Below are positions 10,363-19,887 of a DNA stretch of 64,000 nt, piece by piece. Position 1 is the first letter of the stretch; each line of letters opens with the position of its first letter. Origin of the DNA: an uncultured Chloroflexia bacterium (GTDB lineage Bacteria; Chloroflexota; Limnocylindria; Limnocylindrales; CSP1-4). Location: contig CAVZHW010000007.1 of the NCBI GenBank assembly GCA_963775225.1, positions 67,756 through 131,755 of the forward strand, written 5' to 3'. The notes below the pieces were generated by a model, which saw nothing but the letters and a program-made list of their open reading frames with translations, did no database searches and was not told the DNA's origin. The translations under genes and the position numbers were made by a program.

Positions 10363-12957
10363 ATGCCAGTCACAACACTGTCGACCGAGATCGCCGGTCG
10401 TACCCTGATCATCGAGACCGGTAAGCTCGCGCTGCTAGCCGGTGGTTCCGTCACCGTCCGCTACGGCGACACCATGCTACTCGGCACTGCCAATCGCTCG
10501 GAGCCGCGGCCGGGGCTCGATTTCTTTCCGCTGACGGTCGATTTCGAGGAGCGCATGTACGCCGCGGGCAAGATCCCGGGCGGCTTCATCAAGCGTGAGT
10601 CGCGCCCGTCAGAGGCGGCGATCCTGGCCGCGCGCCTGACCGACCGGCCCATCCGGCCGCTGTTCCCGAGTGGCTACAAGGACGACGTGCAGGTCGTGCT
10701 GACCGTGCTCTCGACCGACCAGGAGAACGATCCGGACATCCTCGGCACCATCGCTGCGTCGGCCGCACTGACGATCAGTGAGATCCCGTTCCGAGGCCCC
10801 GTCGCCGCCGTACGCGTGGGGCGCATCGACGGCGAGCTGGTGCTCAACCCGACCGTCACCCAGCTCGAGAGCTCGGACATCGACCTGGTCGTGTCCGGGA
10901 CGCGTGACGCAATCATGATGGTCGAGGCGGGCGCCAAGATCGTGCCCGAATCGGTGATGGCCGAGGCGATCATGTTCGGCCACCGGTCGCTCGCGCCGAT
11001 CATCGACCTCCAGGACGAGTTGCGCGAGAAGGTCGGTAAGCCCAAGCGCGTGCCGTACATCGAGCCGGGCACCGATTCGGTGCTCGCCTTCATCGATGCG
11101 CTGCACGACGACAAGCCGTTCGTGGTCTTCGACGTGGAGACGACCAGCCGCGACGTAAAGCAGGGCGCCATCGTCGAGATCGGCGCGGTCAAGGTTGTCC
11201 ACGGCAAGATCGAGGACCGCTGGTCGACGCTGGTCAATCCGGGTGAGGCGATCGTCGGGCGCCAGCTGCATGGCATCACCGACAAGGACGTGAAGAACGC
11301 GCCGTCACCGGCTCAGGCAGCCGGGCAGTTCAGCGACTGGGCAGGCGACGCGCTGCTGGTGGGCCACAACGTCGGCTTCGACATCGGCTTCCTCGAGGCG
11401 GCACTGGGCGACGGCCGGCGGATCGAGCAGGGCCGCTACCTGGACACGCTCGTGCTGGCGCGTGAGGCGTATCCAGACTCTGACCTGAAGCTCGCCGACC
11501 TGGCCCGCTTCTTCGAACTCGAGACCGAACCGAACCACCGTGCCCTGCCCGATGCCGAGGCGACAGCTCAACTGCTGCTGCGCTGGGCCGGTGACCTGCC
11601 GGCGCGCATCGATTCGTTCAAGAAGGAGGTCGCCGACGCGATCCGTGGGCTGCGCAGCAACGGCGGCACGCTCGAGGACGAGACCAGCGCGGTCGAGGCG
11701 GCACGCCGCCACGCACGTTTCTCGAAGGGCCTGGGCGGCCTGCTGCACAAGAAGGCGGTGCGCGAGCTGGTGCTCAACGAGGGCATCCGCATGGACGGCC
11801 GTGATGCGGAAACGATCCGGCCCATCTCGGTCGAGGTCGGGTTGCTGCCGCGCACGCACGGCTCGGCGCTGTTCACGCGCGGCCAGACGCAGGCGCTGAC
11901 GGTTGCCACGCTCGGTTCGTCATCCGACGTCCAGCGCATCGACACCATCAGCCCCGAGGAGTCGAAGCGCTACCTGCACCACTACAACTTTCCGCCGTAC
12001 TCGACCGGCGAGAACAAGCCGATGCGCGGGCCGTCACGGCGCGACATCGGGCACGGCGCGCTGGCCGAGCGAGCGCTTGTGCCGGTCCTGCCGGCGCATG
12101 AGGACTTCCCGTATGTCATCAGGCTGGTGTCGGAGGTCGTCTCGTCGAACGGCTCCACATCGATGGCCTCGACGTGTGGGTCGACACTCGCGCTGATGGA
12201 CGCCGGCGTGCCCATTTCGGCGCCGGTCGCCGGCGCGGCGATGGGCCTGGTCACCGGCGCTGACGGCAAGTTCGTGGTGCTGACCGACATCCTCGGCAAG
12301 GAGGATGCCTTCGGCGACATGGACTTCAAGGTGACCGGTACGGCCGAAGGCGTCACCGCGCTGCAGATGGACATCAAGATCCAGGGCATCAACGAAGACA
12401 TCATCCGCAGCGGGCTGGAGAAGGCACGCGCGGCGCGGCTGTTCATCCTGGGCAAGATGCTCGAGGTGATGCCCGAGGCGCGCACCGAGATGAGCGACTT
12501 CGCGCCGCGCATCATCACCATCAAGATCAACCCCGAGAAGATCCGCGACATCATCGGCAAAGGCGGTGCCACTATCCGCAAGATCCAGGAGGACACCGGC
12601 ACCAACATCAACGTCGAGGACGACGGCACGGTCGAGATTGCGGCGGTCAACGCCGACAACTCGCGCGCGGCCATCCAGATGATCGAGGGCCTCACCCGCG
12701 AGGTTGAGGTGGGCAGCCTGTACCTGGGCCGCGTGACGCGAATCATGGGTTTCGGCGCGTTTGTTGAGATCCTGCCCGGCAAGGAGGGTCTGGTGCGCAT
12801 CGGCGAGCTGGCCGACTACCACGTCCCCACGGTCGAGGACGTCGTGTCGGTCGGCGACGAGATCATGGTCGTGGTTACGGAGATCGACCGCCAGGGGCGC
12901 GTCAACCTGTCGCGTAAGGCGGCGATGCAGCGTCACCTCGCCAAGTCGCCCGCGTAA
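10363..12957 (+). CDS. pnp: polynucleotide phosphorylase (PNPase) carrying an inserted DnaQ-like DEDDh 3'-5' exonuclease domain (864 aa)
   Basis: RNase PH domain 1, then alpha-helical domain, RNase PH domain 2 (LPRTHGSALFTRGQTQAL), KH (IGKGGATIRKIQE) and S1 (GRVTRIMGFGAFVEI) are all present. An in-frame 160 aa insert at aa 250-412 carries Exo I FDVETT, Exo II HNVGFDIGFL and Exo III HRALPDAEAT. Confidence 0.9.
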   Translation: MPVTTLSTEIAGRTLIIETGKLALLAGGSVTVRYGDTMLLGTANRSEPRPGLDFFPLTVDFEERMYAAGKIPGGFIKRESRPSEAAILAARLTDRPIRPLFPSGYKDDVQVVLTVLSTDQENDPDILGTIAASAALTISEIPFRGPVAAVRVGRIDGELVLNPTVTQLESSDIDLVVSGTRDAIMMVEAGAKIVPESVMAEAIMFGHRSLAPIIDLQDELREKVGKPKRVPYIEPGTDSVLAFIDALHDDKPFVVFDVETTSRDVKQGAIVEIGAVKVVHGKIEDRWSTLVNPGEAIVGRQLHGITDKDVKNAPSPAQAAGQFSDWAGDALLVGHNVGFDIGFLEAALGDGRRIEQGRYLDTLVLAREAYPDSDLKLADLARFFELETEPNHRALPDAEATAQLLLRWAGDLPARIDSFKKEVADAIRGLRSNGGTLEDETSAVEAARRHARFSKGLGGLLHKKAVRELVLNEGIRMDGRDAETIRPISVEVGLLPRTHGSALFTRGQTQALTVATLGSSSDVQRIDTISPEESKRYLHHYNFPPYSTGENKPMRGPSRRDIGHGALAERALVPVLPAHEDFPYVIRLVSEVVSSNGSTSMASTCGSTLALMDAGVPISAPVAGAAMGLVTGADGKFVVLTDILGKEDAFGDMDFKVTGTAEGVTALQMDIKIQGINEDIIRSGLEKARAARLFILGKMLEVMPEARTEMSDFAPRIITIKINPEKIRDIIGKGGATIRKIQEDTGTNINVEDDGTVEIAAVNADNSRAAIQMIEGLTREVEVGSLYLGRVTRIMGFGAFVEILPGKEGLVRIGELADYHVPTVEDVVSVGDEIMVVVTEIDRQGRVNLSRKAAMQRHLAKSPA

Positions 12958-12981
12958 GCGATTCTTCGTTGCGTCTGGTAC

Positions 12982-13005
12982 GGCCCGCCGGCTTACCGGC
13001 GGGCC
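12982..13005 (+). terminator. rho-independent-type terminator hairpin downstream of pnp (no U-tract)
   Basis: ggcccgccgg-ctta-ccggcgggcc is a perfect 10 bp GC stem, 25 nt after the pnp stop. Confidence 0.5.
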
Positions 13006-13100
13006 GTCGGCTCGTGAGCGGCGCTATCATCGAGGCGCGTGCCCAGACGAACACCTGCAACGAGTTTTGCCATGCGCAGTAACGGTCGAACCGGGCACAA

Positions 13101-13841
13101 GTGGAGCCGTCGATCAGCGTGACGCCGGATGAACGCCGGCGGGCGCTCGATGAGGTCGCCACCGAGGTCGCCGCGTGCACACGTTGCCCGCTGCACGCAG
13201 GGCGGACGCGGGCCGTGCCCGGGGAGGGCCATCCCGACACGGAGGTCGTCTTCGTCGGCGAGGGGCCGGGCTACAACGAGGATCAGCAGGGCCGGCCGTT
13301 CGTCGGGGCTGCCGGTGGTCTGCTGAACGAGTTGCTCACCGCCATCGGCTGGCGGCGTGAGGAGGTATTCATCACCAACGTCGTAAAGTGCCGACCGCCG
13401 GCCAATCGTGACCCGGAGCCGGCGGAGATCGCCGCCTGTGCGCCGTACCTCCACCGCCAGCTGGAGGTCCTCGACCCGGCGCTGGTGGTCACCCTCGGCC
13501 GGCATTCGCTGCAGACGTTCATGCCCGGGGCACGTATCGGCGGCGCGCACGGCACCGAGCGGCCGGTCGACCCACAGACGGGCGCGTCCGGTGCCACCGC
13601 GTACGCGCTGTACCACCCGGCCGCGGCGCTCCGCCAGGGCGCCTTGAAGGAGACCATGTACGAGGACATGGCCGGTCTGCCCGACGCGCTGATCCGAGCC
13701 CGGCTGCGACGAGCCAACGCGAGCGACGCGCCGCCGGCAGCTGAAGAACCGGGCGCCGCCGAGGACGAATCCGAGGTGCAGATCGAGGAGCTGGAAATGG
13801 TCACTGTGGGCGATCCCGAGCCGCAACTGGAGCTCTTCTAG
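13101..13841 (+). CDS. udg: family 4 uracil-DNA glycosylase (4Fe-4S type) with an acidic C-terminal tail
   Basis: Motifs CTRCPLH, GEGPGYNED, VVKCRPP and HPAAALRQ. The C-terminal 50 aa are Ala/Glu-rich. Confidence 0.8.
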   Translation: MEPSISVTPDERRRALDEVATEVAACTRCPLHAGRTRAVPGEGHPDTEVVFVGEGPGYNEDQQGRPFVGAAGGLLNELLTAIGWRREEVFITNVVKCRPPANRDPEPAEIAACAPYLHRQLEVLDPALVVTLGRHSLQTFMPGARIGGAHGTERPVDPQTGASGATAYALYHPAAALRQGALKETMYEDMAGLPDALIRARLRRANASDAPPAAEEPGAAEDESEVQIEELEMVTVGDPEPQLELF

Positions 13842-15503
13842 ATGAACGTGGATGCCGGCACGCTGCGCATCCTGCCGCTCGGTGGCGTGGGCGAGATCGG
13901 CAAGAACATGACCCTGTTCGAGTGGAACGATGAGATCGTGGTCATCGACTGCGGGCTGATGTTTCCCGAGGAGGAGATGTTCGGCATCGACTTCGTGGTG
14001 CCCGACGTCACGTACCTGCGCGAGCGTGCGCACATGCTCAAAGCGTTCCTGATCACGCATGCGCACGAGGACCACATCGGCGGCCTGCCGTACGTCTTGC
14101 CGTACTTCCCCGGCGTGCCGGTCTACGCGTCGACCCTGGCGCAGGGCCTGTTGGGCATCAAGCTCAAGGAGCACAAGCTCACCAACAATCCCATGCTGCC
14201 GTTCGAGCCGGGCACGACCGTCGAGCTGGGCGCCTTCAGCGCCACCCCGTTCCGCATCGGCCACTCGATTCCCGACGCCATGGGTATCGCCCTGCGCACG
14301 CCACTCGGCATGGTCATCCACACCGGCGACTTCAAGTTCGACTACACGCCGGTCGATGGCAAGATGCCCGACCTGCACGCGCTGGCCGACTGGGGCCAGC
14401 AGGGCGTCCTGTGCCTGATGTCCGACTCGACGCGAGCCGAGAACCCGGGCTACACGCCGTCCGAGCGCACGGTCGGAGCCGCCTTCCACAACATCATGGA
14501 GGGTGTTAGTGGGCGGGTGATCGTGGCCACCTTCGCCAGCAACATCGCGCGTATCCAGCAGGTCTTCGACTCCGCGCGCGAGTTCGGCCGGCGCGTGGCG
14601 GTCATCGGCCGCTCGATGGAGCAGAACGTACGCATCGCCACCGAGCTGGGCTACCTGCGCTACCCGCCGGAGCAGCTCGTGACCAAGGATCGGCTGAAGG
14701 ATCTGCCCGACAACGAGGTGGTCATCGCCACGACCGGAGCACAGGGTGAGCCGATGGCCGGGCTGGCGCGGATGGCCAATCGCGACCACCGCTGGGTCGA
14801 GATCAAGCCGGGCGATACCGTCATCGTCAGCGCGAGCCCCATTCCGGGCAACGAGGAAGTGGTCGGGCGCACGATCGACAACCTGTTCAAGGTCGGCGCC
14901 AACGTCTTCTACCACGACATCCGGCGCGCGCACGTGTCGGGCCATGCGAGCCAGGAAGAGCTCAAGCTGATGCTCAGCCTGACCCGGCCGCAGCACTTCA
15001 TTCCGATCCACGGCGAATTCCGGATGCTTGTCCAGCATGGCCGGGTGGCCCAGGAACTGGGCGTCGCGGCGGAGAATATCTACATCATCGAGAACGGCCA
15101 ACCGATCGACTTCACGCCGCAGGGCGCGCACCGCGCGGTGCCGGTCGAGGCCGGTTACGTGTATGTCGACGGGCTGTCGGTCGGCGCGGTCGGCGACGTG
15201 GTGCTGCGCGACCGGCGCGCGCTGGCCAATGACGGCATGTTCCTGGTGGTGGTGACGGTCGACAAGCAGAGTGGCGCGCTGGTGGGCGAGCCGGAGATCG
15301 TCACGCTTGGCTTCGTTACCGGCCCTGACGACCCGGTCATCGCCGCCGCAGCTCGCCAGGTGACCGAAGCGATCCGCAGCCGGGGCGAACACACCAGCGA
15401 GGTGGGTGTGCTCAAGGCGCAGATCAAGGACAGGCTCTCGCAGTACCTGTTCCAGCAGACCAAGCGGCGGCCGATGGTCTTTCCCGTCGTGGTCGAGGTC
15501 TAG
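13842..15503 (+). CDS. rnj: ribonuclease J (metallo-beta-lactamase / beta-CASP RNase)
   Basis: HAHEDHIGG metal-binding motif, beta-CASP and C-terminal domains. 553 aa. Confidence 0.88.
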   Translation: MNVDAGTLRILPLGGVGEIGKNMTLFEWNDEIVVIDCGLMFPEEEMFGIDFVVPDVTYLRERAHMLKAFLITHAHEDHIGGLPYVLPYFPGVPVYASTLAQGLLGIKLKEHKLTNNPMLPFEPGTTVELGAFSATPFRIGHSIPDAMGIALRTPLGMVIHTGDFKFDYTPVDGKMPDLHALADWGQQGVLCLMSDSTRAENPGYTPSERTVGAAFHNIMEGVSGRVIVATFASNIARIQQVFDSAREFGRRVAVIGRSMEQNVRIATELGYLRYPPEQLVTKDRLKDLPDNEVVIATTGAQGEPMAGLARMANRDHRWVEIKPGDTVIVSASPIPGNEEVVGRTIDNLFKVGANVFYHDIRRAHVSGHASQEELKLMLSLTRPQHFIPIHGEFRMLVQHGRVAQELGVAAENIYIIENGQPIDFTPQGAHRAVPVEAGYVYVDGLSVGAVGDVVLRDRRALANDGMFLVVVTVDKQSGALVGEPEIVTLGFVTGPDDPVIAAAARQVTEAIRSRGEHTSEVGVLKAQIKDRLSQYLFQQTKRRPMVFPVVVEV

Positions 15504-15505
15504 CG

Positions 15506-17821
15506 TTGGCCCGCGCACGACGGGCGGGCGGGCCCGGCCGCTCACGCTCGCGCCAGGCACGCGCGACGACCCCGGCGCGACACTGGTTGGCCGCCTTCCA
15601 GGTGCCGCCGCACGTCGCCCGCTCGCTCACCGGCCTGGCACTCATCGTGGTCGGCGTCATCACGTTCATCGCGCTGCTCATCCCCCAGGCGGGGCTGCTC
15701 AACCGCTATCTCGATGACATCCTCCGGCCCGCGGTCGGACAGGGTGCCTGGCTGCTGGCGCTGCTGCTGGTCGTCGGTGGTGTGCTGGTCGAGCGTCCGT
15801 CGCCGCTGGCCAACGGCTCGCTGCTGGCGATCGTCGGCGGTGTGCTGATGTTCTTGGCCGGGCTCGGCCTGATCCATCTCGTCTGGGGCACCGGGGACGG
15901 CGCGCGCGCATTGAGTGCCGGGGGCGGGGCGCTCGGCGACGGGCTGTCGGCGACCTTCACCAGCCTGTTGTCGGCGCCGGGCGCATTCGTCCTGCTGGTC
16001 GGCCTCGTGCTCGCCGGGATGATCCTGTTCTTCAACGTCAGCCTGCGTACGCTGCTGGCGCCGGTGGGTGCCGGTGGCCGGGTGGTTGCCGGCGCCATGG
16101 CGCGGCCGGTTCGGCAGATAGCCGACGAGGCGGCTCGCCGGCAGGCCGCCACAGTCGCCGGGCCGCCCCGTCGCCAGGCACGCCGGGGGGCGCAGCCCGA
16201 GCCGGTCGACGCTCCGCTCGTGCAGCAGCGAACGACGATTCCGACGCCCGAGCAGACCGTCCTGCCGCTCAGCCAGACGATCTGGACTGCGCCGGTCGGC
16301 GCGACGCCACGTGTCCCGGTACAAGCGGAAGCCGCGGAATCGGAGTCCCGTCCGGCGCGTGTTTGGCAGCTGCCCGGCTATGACCTGCTCGACAAGGGTG
16401 AATCGGGCGCCCCCGGACAGCATCTCGACCACGCGCGCAACATCCGCATCATCGAGGAGAAGCTGTCGAGCTTCCAGATCCCGGCCGAGGTCATCGCCAC
16501 CAACACCGGGCCGGTCGTGACGCAATATGAGGTGCGCCCGGACGCACACATCAAGCTGTCGCGCATCGAGGCTCTGGCCGACGACCTGGCCATGGCGCTT
16601 GCGGCACGCTCGATTCGCATCGAAGCGCCGATTCCCGGGCGCGACGTTGTCGGCATCGAGATTCCCAATCACAGCAGCGAGATCGTCGGCTTCCGCCGAC
16701 TGCTCGAGGACTCGGCCATGGCCGACGCACAGAGCCGGCTGACCTTCGCCCTCGGCCGCGACGTGTCGGGTAAGGCATACGCCGTCGATCTCGCGCGCAT
16801 GCCCCATCTGCTCGTCGCCGGCGCCACCGGGTCGGGCAAGAGCGTGTGCGTCAATGCGCTGATCACAAGCCTCTTGATGCGTGCCAACCCCGACGAGCTG
16901 CGCCTCATCCTGATCGACCTCAAACGCGTCGAGCTCGCCGCCTACAAGGACCTGCCTCAGCTCGAGGTGCCGGTCATCGTCGAGGCGCACGAGGCCCGGG
17001 CGGTGTTGACCAATCTCGTTCACGTGATGGAGGAGCGCTATGAGCTCCTCGCGGCGGCAATGGAGCGCAACATTGCCGCCTACAACGTCAGCCCACGCCG
17101 TGGCGAGGCGCCGCCGATGCCGTACATCGTGGTCGTCATCGACGAGCTGGCCGACCTGATGCTGCGCGAAGGGCGCAAAGTCGAAGACCCGGTCGTCAAG
17201 CTGGCCCAGAAGGCACGTGCCGTCGGCATCCATCTGGTGCTCGCCACGCAGCGGCCGAGCGTCAACGTGGTCACCGGCCTGATCAAGGCCAATGTCCCAT
17301 CGCGCATCGCCTTCGCCATGGCGTCCAACGTCGACTCACGCACCGTCCTCGACGCGAACGGCGCAGAGGATCTCATCGGCCGTGGCGACATGCTCTACCA
17401 GCCGGCCGACCTGCCGCGGCCCGTGCGCCTGCAGGGCGTGTTCGTAAGCGACAACGAGGTTCACGGGGTCACCAAGTCATGGCGCGCTCAGGACGAGCCG
17501 CACTACAACCGCGACCTGATCAAGGGCGCCGAGTCGGACGATGGCCCAGACGGTGGCCAATACGCCTGGCTGGCCCAGGCGGCCGACGATGAACTGGCAC
17601 CGCGTGCGGCGGAGATCGTCCAGCAGACCGGCCGGGCGAGTACGTCGATGATGCAGACGAAGCTGAAGGTCGGCTTCAATCGCGCCACGCGGCTGATGGA
17701 TACGCTCGAACGGCATGGCATCATCGGTCCACTCGATCCGCGTAATCCGGGCGCGCCGCGGCAGGTCTACGGCCCGGAGAACTGGATCCGCGGCCCGTCG
17801 GAGGCGGACGCGCTCGACTGA
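15506..17821 (+). CDS. ftsK: DNA translocase FtsK/SpoIIIE
   Basis: N-terminal TM helices, a Pro/Ala-rich linker, a motor domain with Walker A (GATGSGKS) and Walker B, and a C-terminal gamma winged-helix. The start codon is uncertain. Confidence 0.85.
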   Translation: MARARRAGGPGRSRSRQARATTPARHWLAAFQVPPHVARSLTGLALIVVGVITFIALLIPQAGLLNRYLDDILRPAVGQGAWLLALLLVVGGVLVERPSPLANGSLLAIVGGVLMFLAGLGLIHLVWGTGDGARALSAGGGALGDGLSATFTSLLSAPGAFVLLVGLVLAGMILFFNVSLRTLLAPVGAGGRVVAGAMARPVRQIADEAARRQAATVAGPPRRQARRGAQPEPVDAPLVQQRTTIPTPEQTVLPLSQTIWTAPVGATPRVPVQAEAAESESRPARVWQLPGYDLLDKGESGAPGQHLDHARNIRIIEEKLSSFQIPAEVIATNTGPVVTQYEVRPDAHIKLSRIEALADDLAMALAARSIRIEAPIPGRDVVGIEIPNHSSEIVGFRRLLEDSAMADAQSRLTFALGRDVSGKAYAVDLARMPHLLVAGATGSGKSVCVNALITSLLMRANPDELRLILIDLKRVELAAYKDLPQLEVPVIVEAHEARAVLTNLVHVMEERYELLAAAMERNIAAYNVSPRRGEAPPMPYIVVVIDELADLMLREGRKVEDPVVKLAQKARAVGIHLVLATQRPSVNVVTGLIKANVPSRIAFAMASNVDSRTVLDANGAEDLIGRGDMLYQPADLPRPVRLQGVFVSDNEVHGVTKSWRAQDEPHYNRDLIKGAESDDGPDGGQYAWLAQAADDELAPRAAEIVQQTGRASTSMMQTKLKVGFNRATRLMDTLERHGIIGPLDPRNPGAPRQVYGPENWIRGPSEADALD

Positions 17822-17925
17822 CGCGGCGACCCCGGCGCCGATACGGCCGGCCGGGTATAGCGCGTAGACTGGCCGCTCATCCAGTTGAACTTCGTCTCAT
17901 TCGACAGAGGTAAGCGCGCTCAGAG

Positions 17926-19378
17926 ATGACTGCCCGGCACCAGATTCTGCGTCGGCAACCGCCGCGTCGGCCGGGACCGGGCGGCAATCGACGCGACCCC
18001 GGCGCCACGCGTCGGCGAGACGCTACTGCTGGCGCGCGAGCGCAAGGGCGTTGACCTGTACCGCGCCGAGCGGGACACGAAGATCCGGCTGCGCTACCTT
18101 TCGGCACTCGAGGACAGCGACTACGACGAGCTGCCGGCAGCGGTCTACACCAAGGGCTTCCTGCGCAACTACGCGATTTACCTTGGTCTCGACCCCGACG
18201 AGCTGCTCGAGCGCTGGCGCGAGGAGATGGATGCGCTGCGCGCCGCCGAACACGTCGCCGTGGCGCCGCCGCCGCGGCCACTGATCGAGCCGGGCGGCCG
18301 CCGGCTGACGCTGACGCCGGCCATGCTGGTGGCCGGCCTGGTGGTGCTCGTCATCGTCGCTTTCGTCGGCTACATCGGTTTCCAGCTGCTGCGCTACGCG
18401 GCGACGACGCCGATCACGCTGACGAACCCAACGAACGTGGTCAGCGAGGTGGACTCGCAATCGATCGTGCTCTCCGGCACGTCAGCTTCGGGCGCTGCGA
18501 TCGTCATCACCGGGCCGGGCGGCAAGGGCTACAACACCACCGCCGACGAGCACGGCGCGTGGTCGCGCGAGGTCGACCTGGGTCTCGGGCGCAACGACTT
18601 CAGTATCGTCTCCATCGACCCCGTGACACAGCGCCGTTCCGACCCGCCCCTGGCACTGACGATCAACGTGCCACTGCCGCAGTCATCGTCCTCGTCGGGC
18701 GCGTCGGCGACTCCTCCACCGCCGGCGGTGCTCACCCTGGATTTGGTGGGGCCGACCGATGGCGAGGCGAGTACGGACGGCCAGATCGTCGTGCGCGGCA
18801 CGACGACCGCCGAACGGCTGACCATCACCAGTGCCTACCTGGGCGCTTACAACTCGACCCCCGCGCCCAGCGGCGAGCCGAGCGCCAGTCCGGGAGCCAG
18901 CAGCACACCATCGGCGAGCGGCTCGCCGGCGCCCATCGGCCCGGCCCGCGAGGTAATCGTCTCGTCGGACGGCAATTTCGCAGAGGGGCTCAACTTCCCG
19001 CTTGGGCGCTGGCGCCTGACCATCACTGCCTACCGCAGCGGGTTGGACCCGGTCATCCAGATACGCGACGTGGTCGTCACGCCCGCGCTCGCCTCAGCGC
19101 TCAACGTGATGCTGCAAGTCGAGGTGCACAAGGCGTGGGTGCGCATCGTCGCCGACGGGTCCACGGTGGCGGGCTACGGTGGCAAGACCCTTCATCCGGG
19201 CGACACGGTCAACGTCACCGCGAGTGACCAGGTCTGCATCCGCAGCGGCAACGCCGGCGCAGTGCACGTCTTCGTCAACGACATGGATCTGGGCTCGCTG
19301 GGCAGCAACGGCCAGGTGGGCAACTGGCTGATCACCCGCGAGCAGCCGCAACCGGAGCCCATCGACAGGGCCTGTTGA
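17926..19378 (+). CDS. RodZ-like protein: XRE HTH + TM + Ser/Pro-rich Big-like region + DUF4115 C-terminal domain; start/frame problem at the 5' end
   Basis: HTH (ETLLLARERKGVDLYRAERDTKIRLRYLSALEDSDYDELP...GFLRNYAIYLGLD), a TM helix and a DUF4115-like C-terminus (WVRIVADGSTVAGYGGKTLHPGDTVNV). The HTH frame has no ATG, GTG or TTG start between the upstream stop (17927) and the domain. An ATG at 17926 lies in the +1 frame. Confidence 0.6.
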
Positions 19379-19878
19379 ACGCGCAGAAGGAGCTGGTCGA
19401 CATCGGCGCCCGGCTCCGCGCACCGTTCATCGAACGCGGCCTGACGCTGGCGACCGCGGAGTCGTGCACCGGGGGCTTGATCGGCCACCTGCTGACGGAG
19501 GTGCCCGGCTCGAGCGACTACTACGTGGGCGGGGTCATCAGCTACAGCGACGTGGTCAAGGAGCAGCAGTTGGGTGTCGACCCGAGCACCCTGGCCAGGC
19601 ACGGTGCGGTGTCTGCGCAGACGGCGGTGGCGATGGCCGAAGGCGTGCGTGCGCGCTTCGGTGCCGCGGTCGGTCTGTCCGTGACCGGTATCGCCGGTCC
19701 GAGCGGGGGGTCGGCCGCCAAACCGGTCGGGCTGACGTACGTCTGCGTCGCCGATGACCAGGGCCACGACGTGCGCCGGCATGTCTGGCCAGCCGACCGC
19801 AGCGCCAACAAGCTGCTCAGTGCACGGGCAGCGCTCGACCTGCTGCTCGAGCGCCTGGGCGGCTCGTCGCAACCCTAG
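19375..19878 (+). CDS. CinA C-terminal domain protein / nicotinamide-nucleotide amidohydrolase (PncC-like)
   Basis: LATAESCTGGLIGHLLTEVPGSSDYYVGGVISYS and GLSVTGIAGPSGG match the CinA_C signature. 167 aa. Confidence 0.8.
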   Translation: MNAQKELVDIGARLRAPFIERGLTLATAESCTGGLIGHLLTEVPGSSDYYVGGVISYSDVVKEQQLGVDPSTLARHGAVSAQTAVAMAEGVRARFGAAVGLSVTGIAGPSGGSAAKPVGLTYVCVADDQGHDVRRHVWPADRSANKLLSARAALDLLLERLGGSSQP

Positions 19879-19887
19879 GCTGGGCCG

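Noticed and set aside
12993-15560. 855 aa minus-strand ORF spanning the udg and rnj loci
   Set aside because: It is antisense to two well-supported + strand genes with clear conserved motifs (family-4 UDG, RNase J). Its translation is Arg/Ala/Gly/Val-rich low-complexity sequence, typical of spurious ORFs on the opposite strand of about 70% GC coding DNA.
15542-17233. 563 aa minus-strand ORF antisense to ftsK, and similar long antisense ORFs at 27028..28584, 3600..4526, 19192..20316, 33727..34959 and 36587..38335
   Set aside because: All overlap strongly supported genes on the other strand and show low-complexity Arg/Pro/Gly composition. They are GC-rich antisense artefacts.
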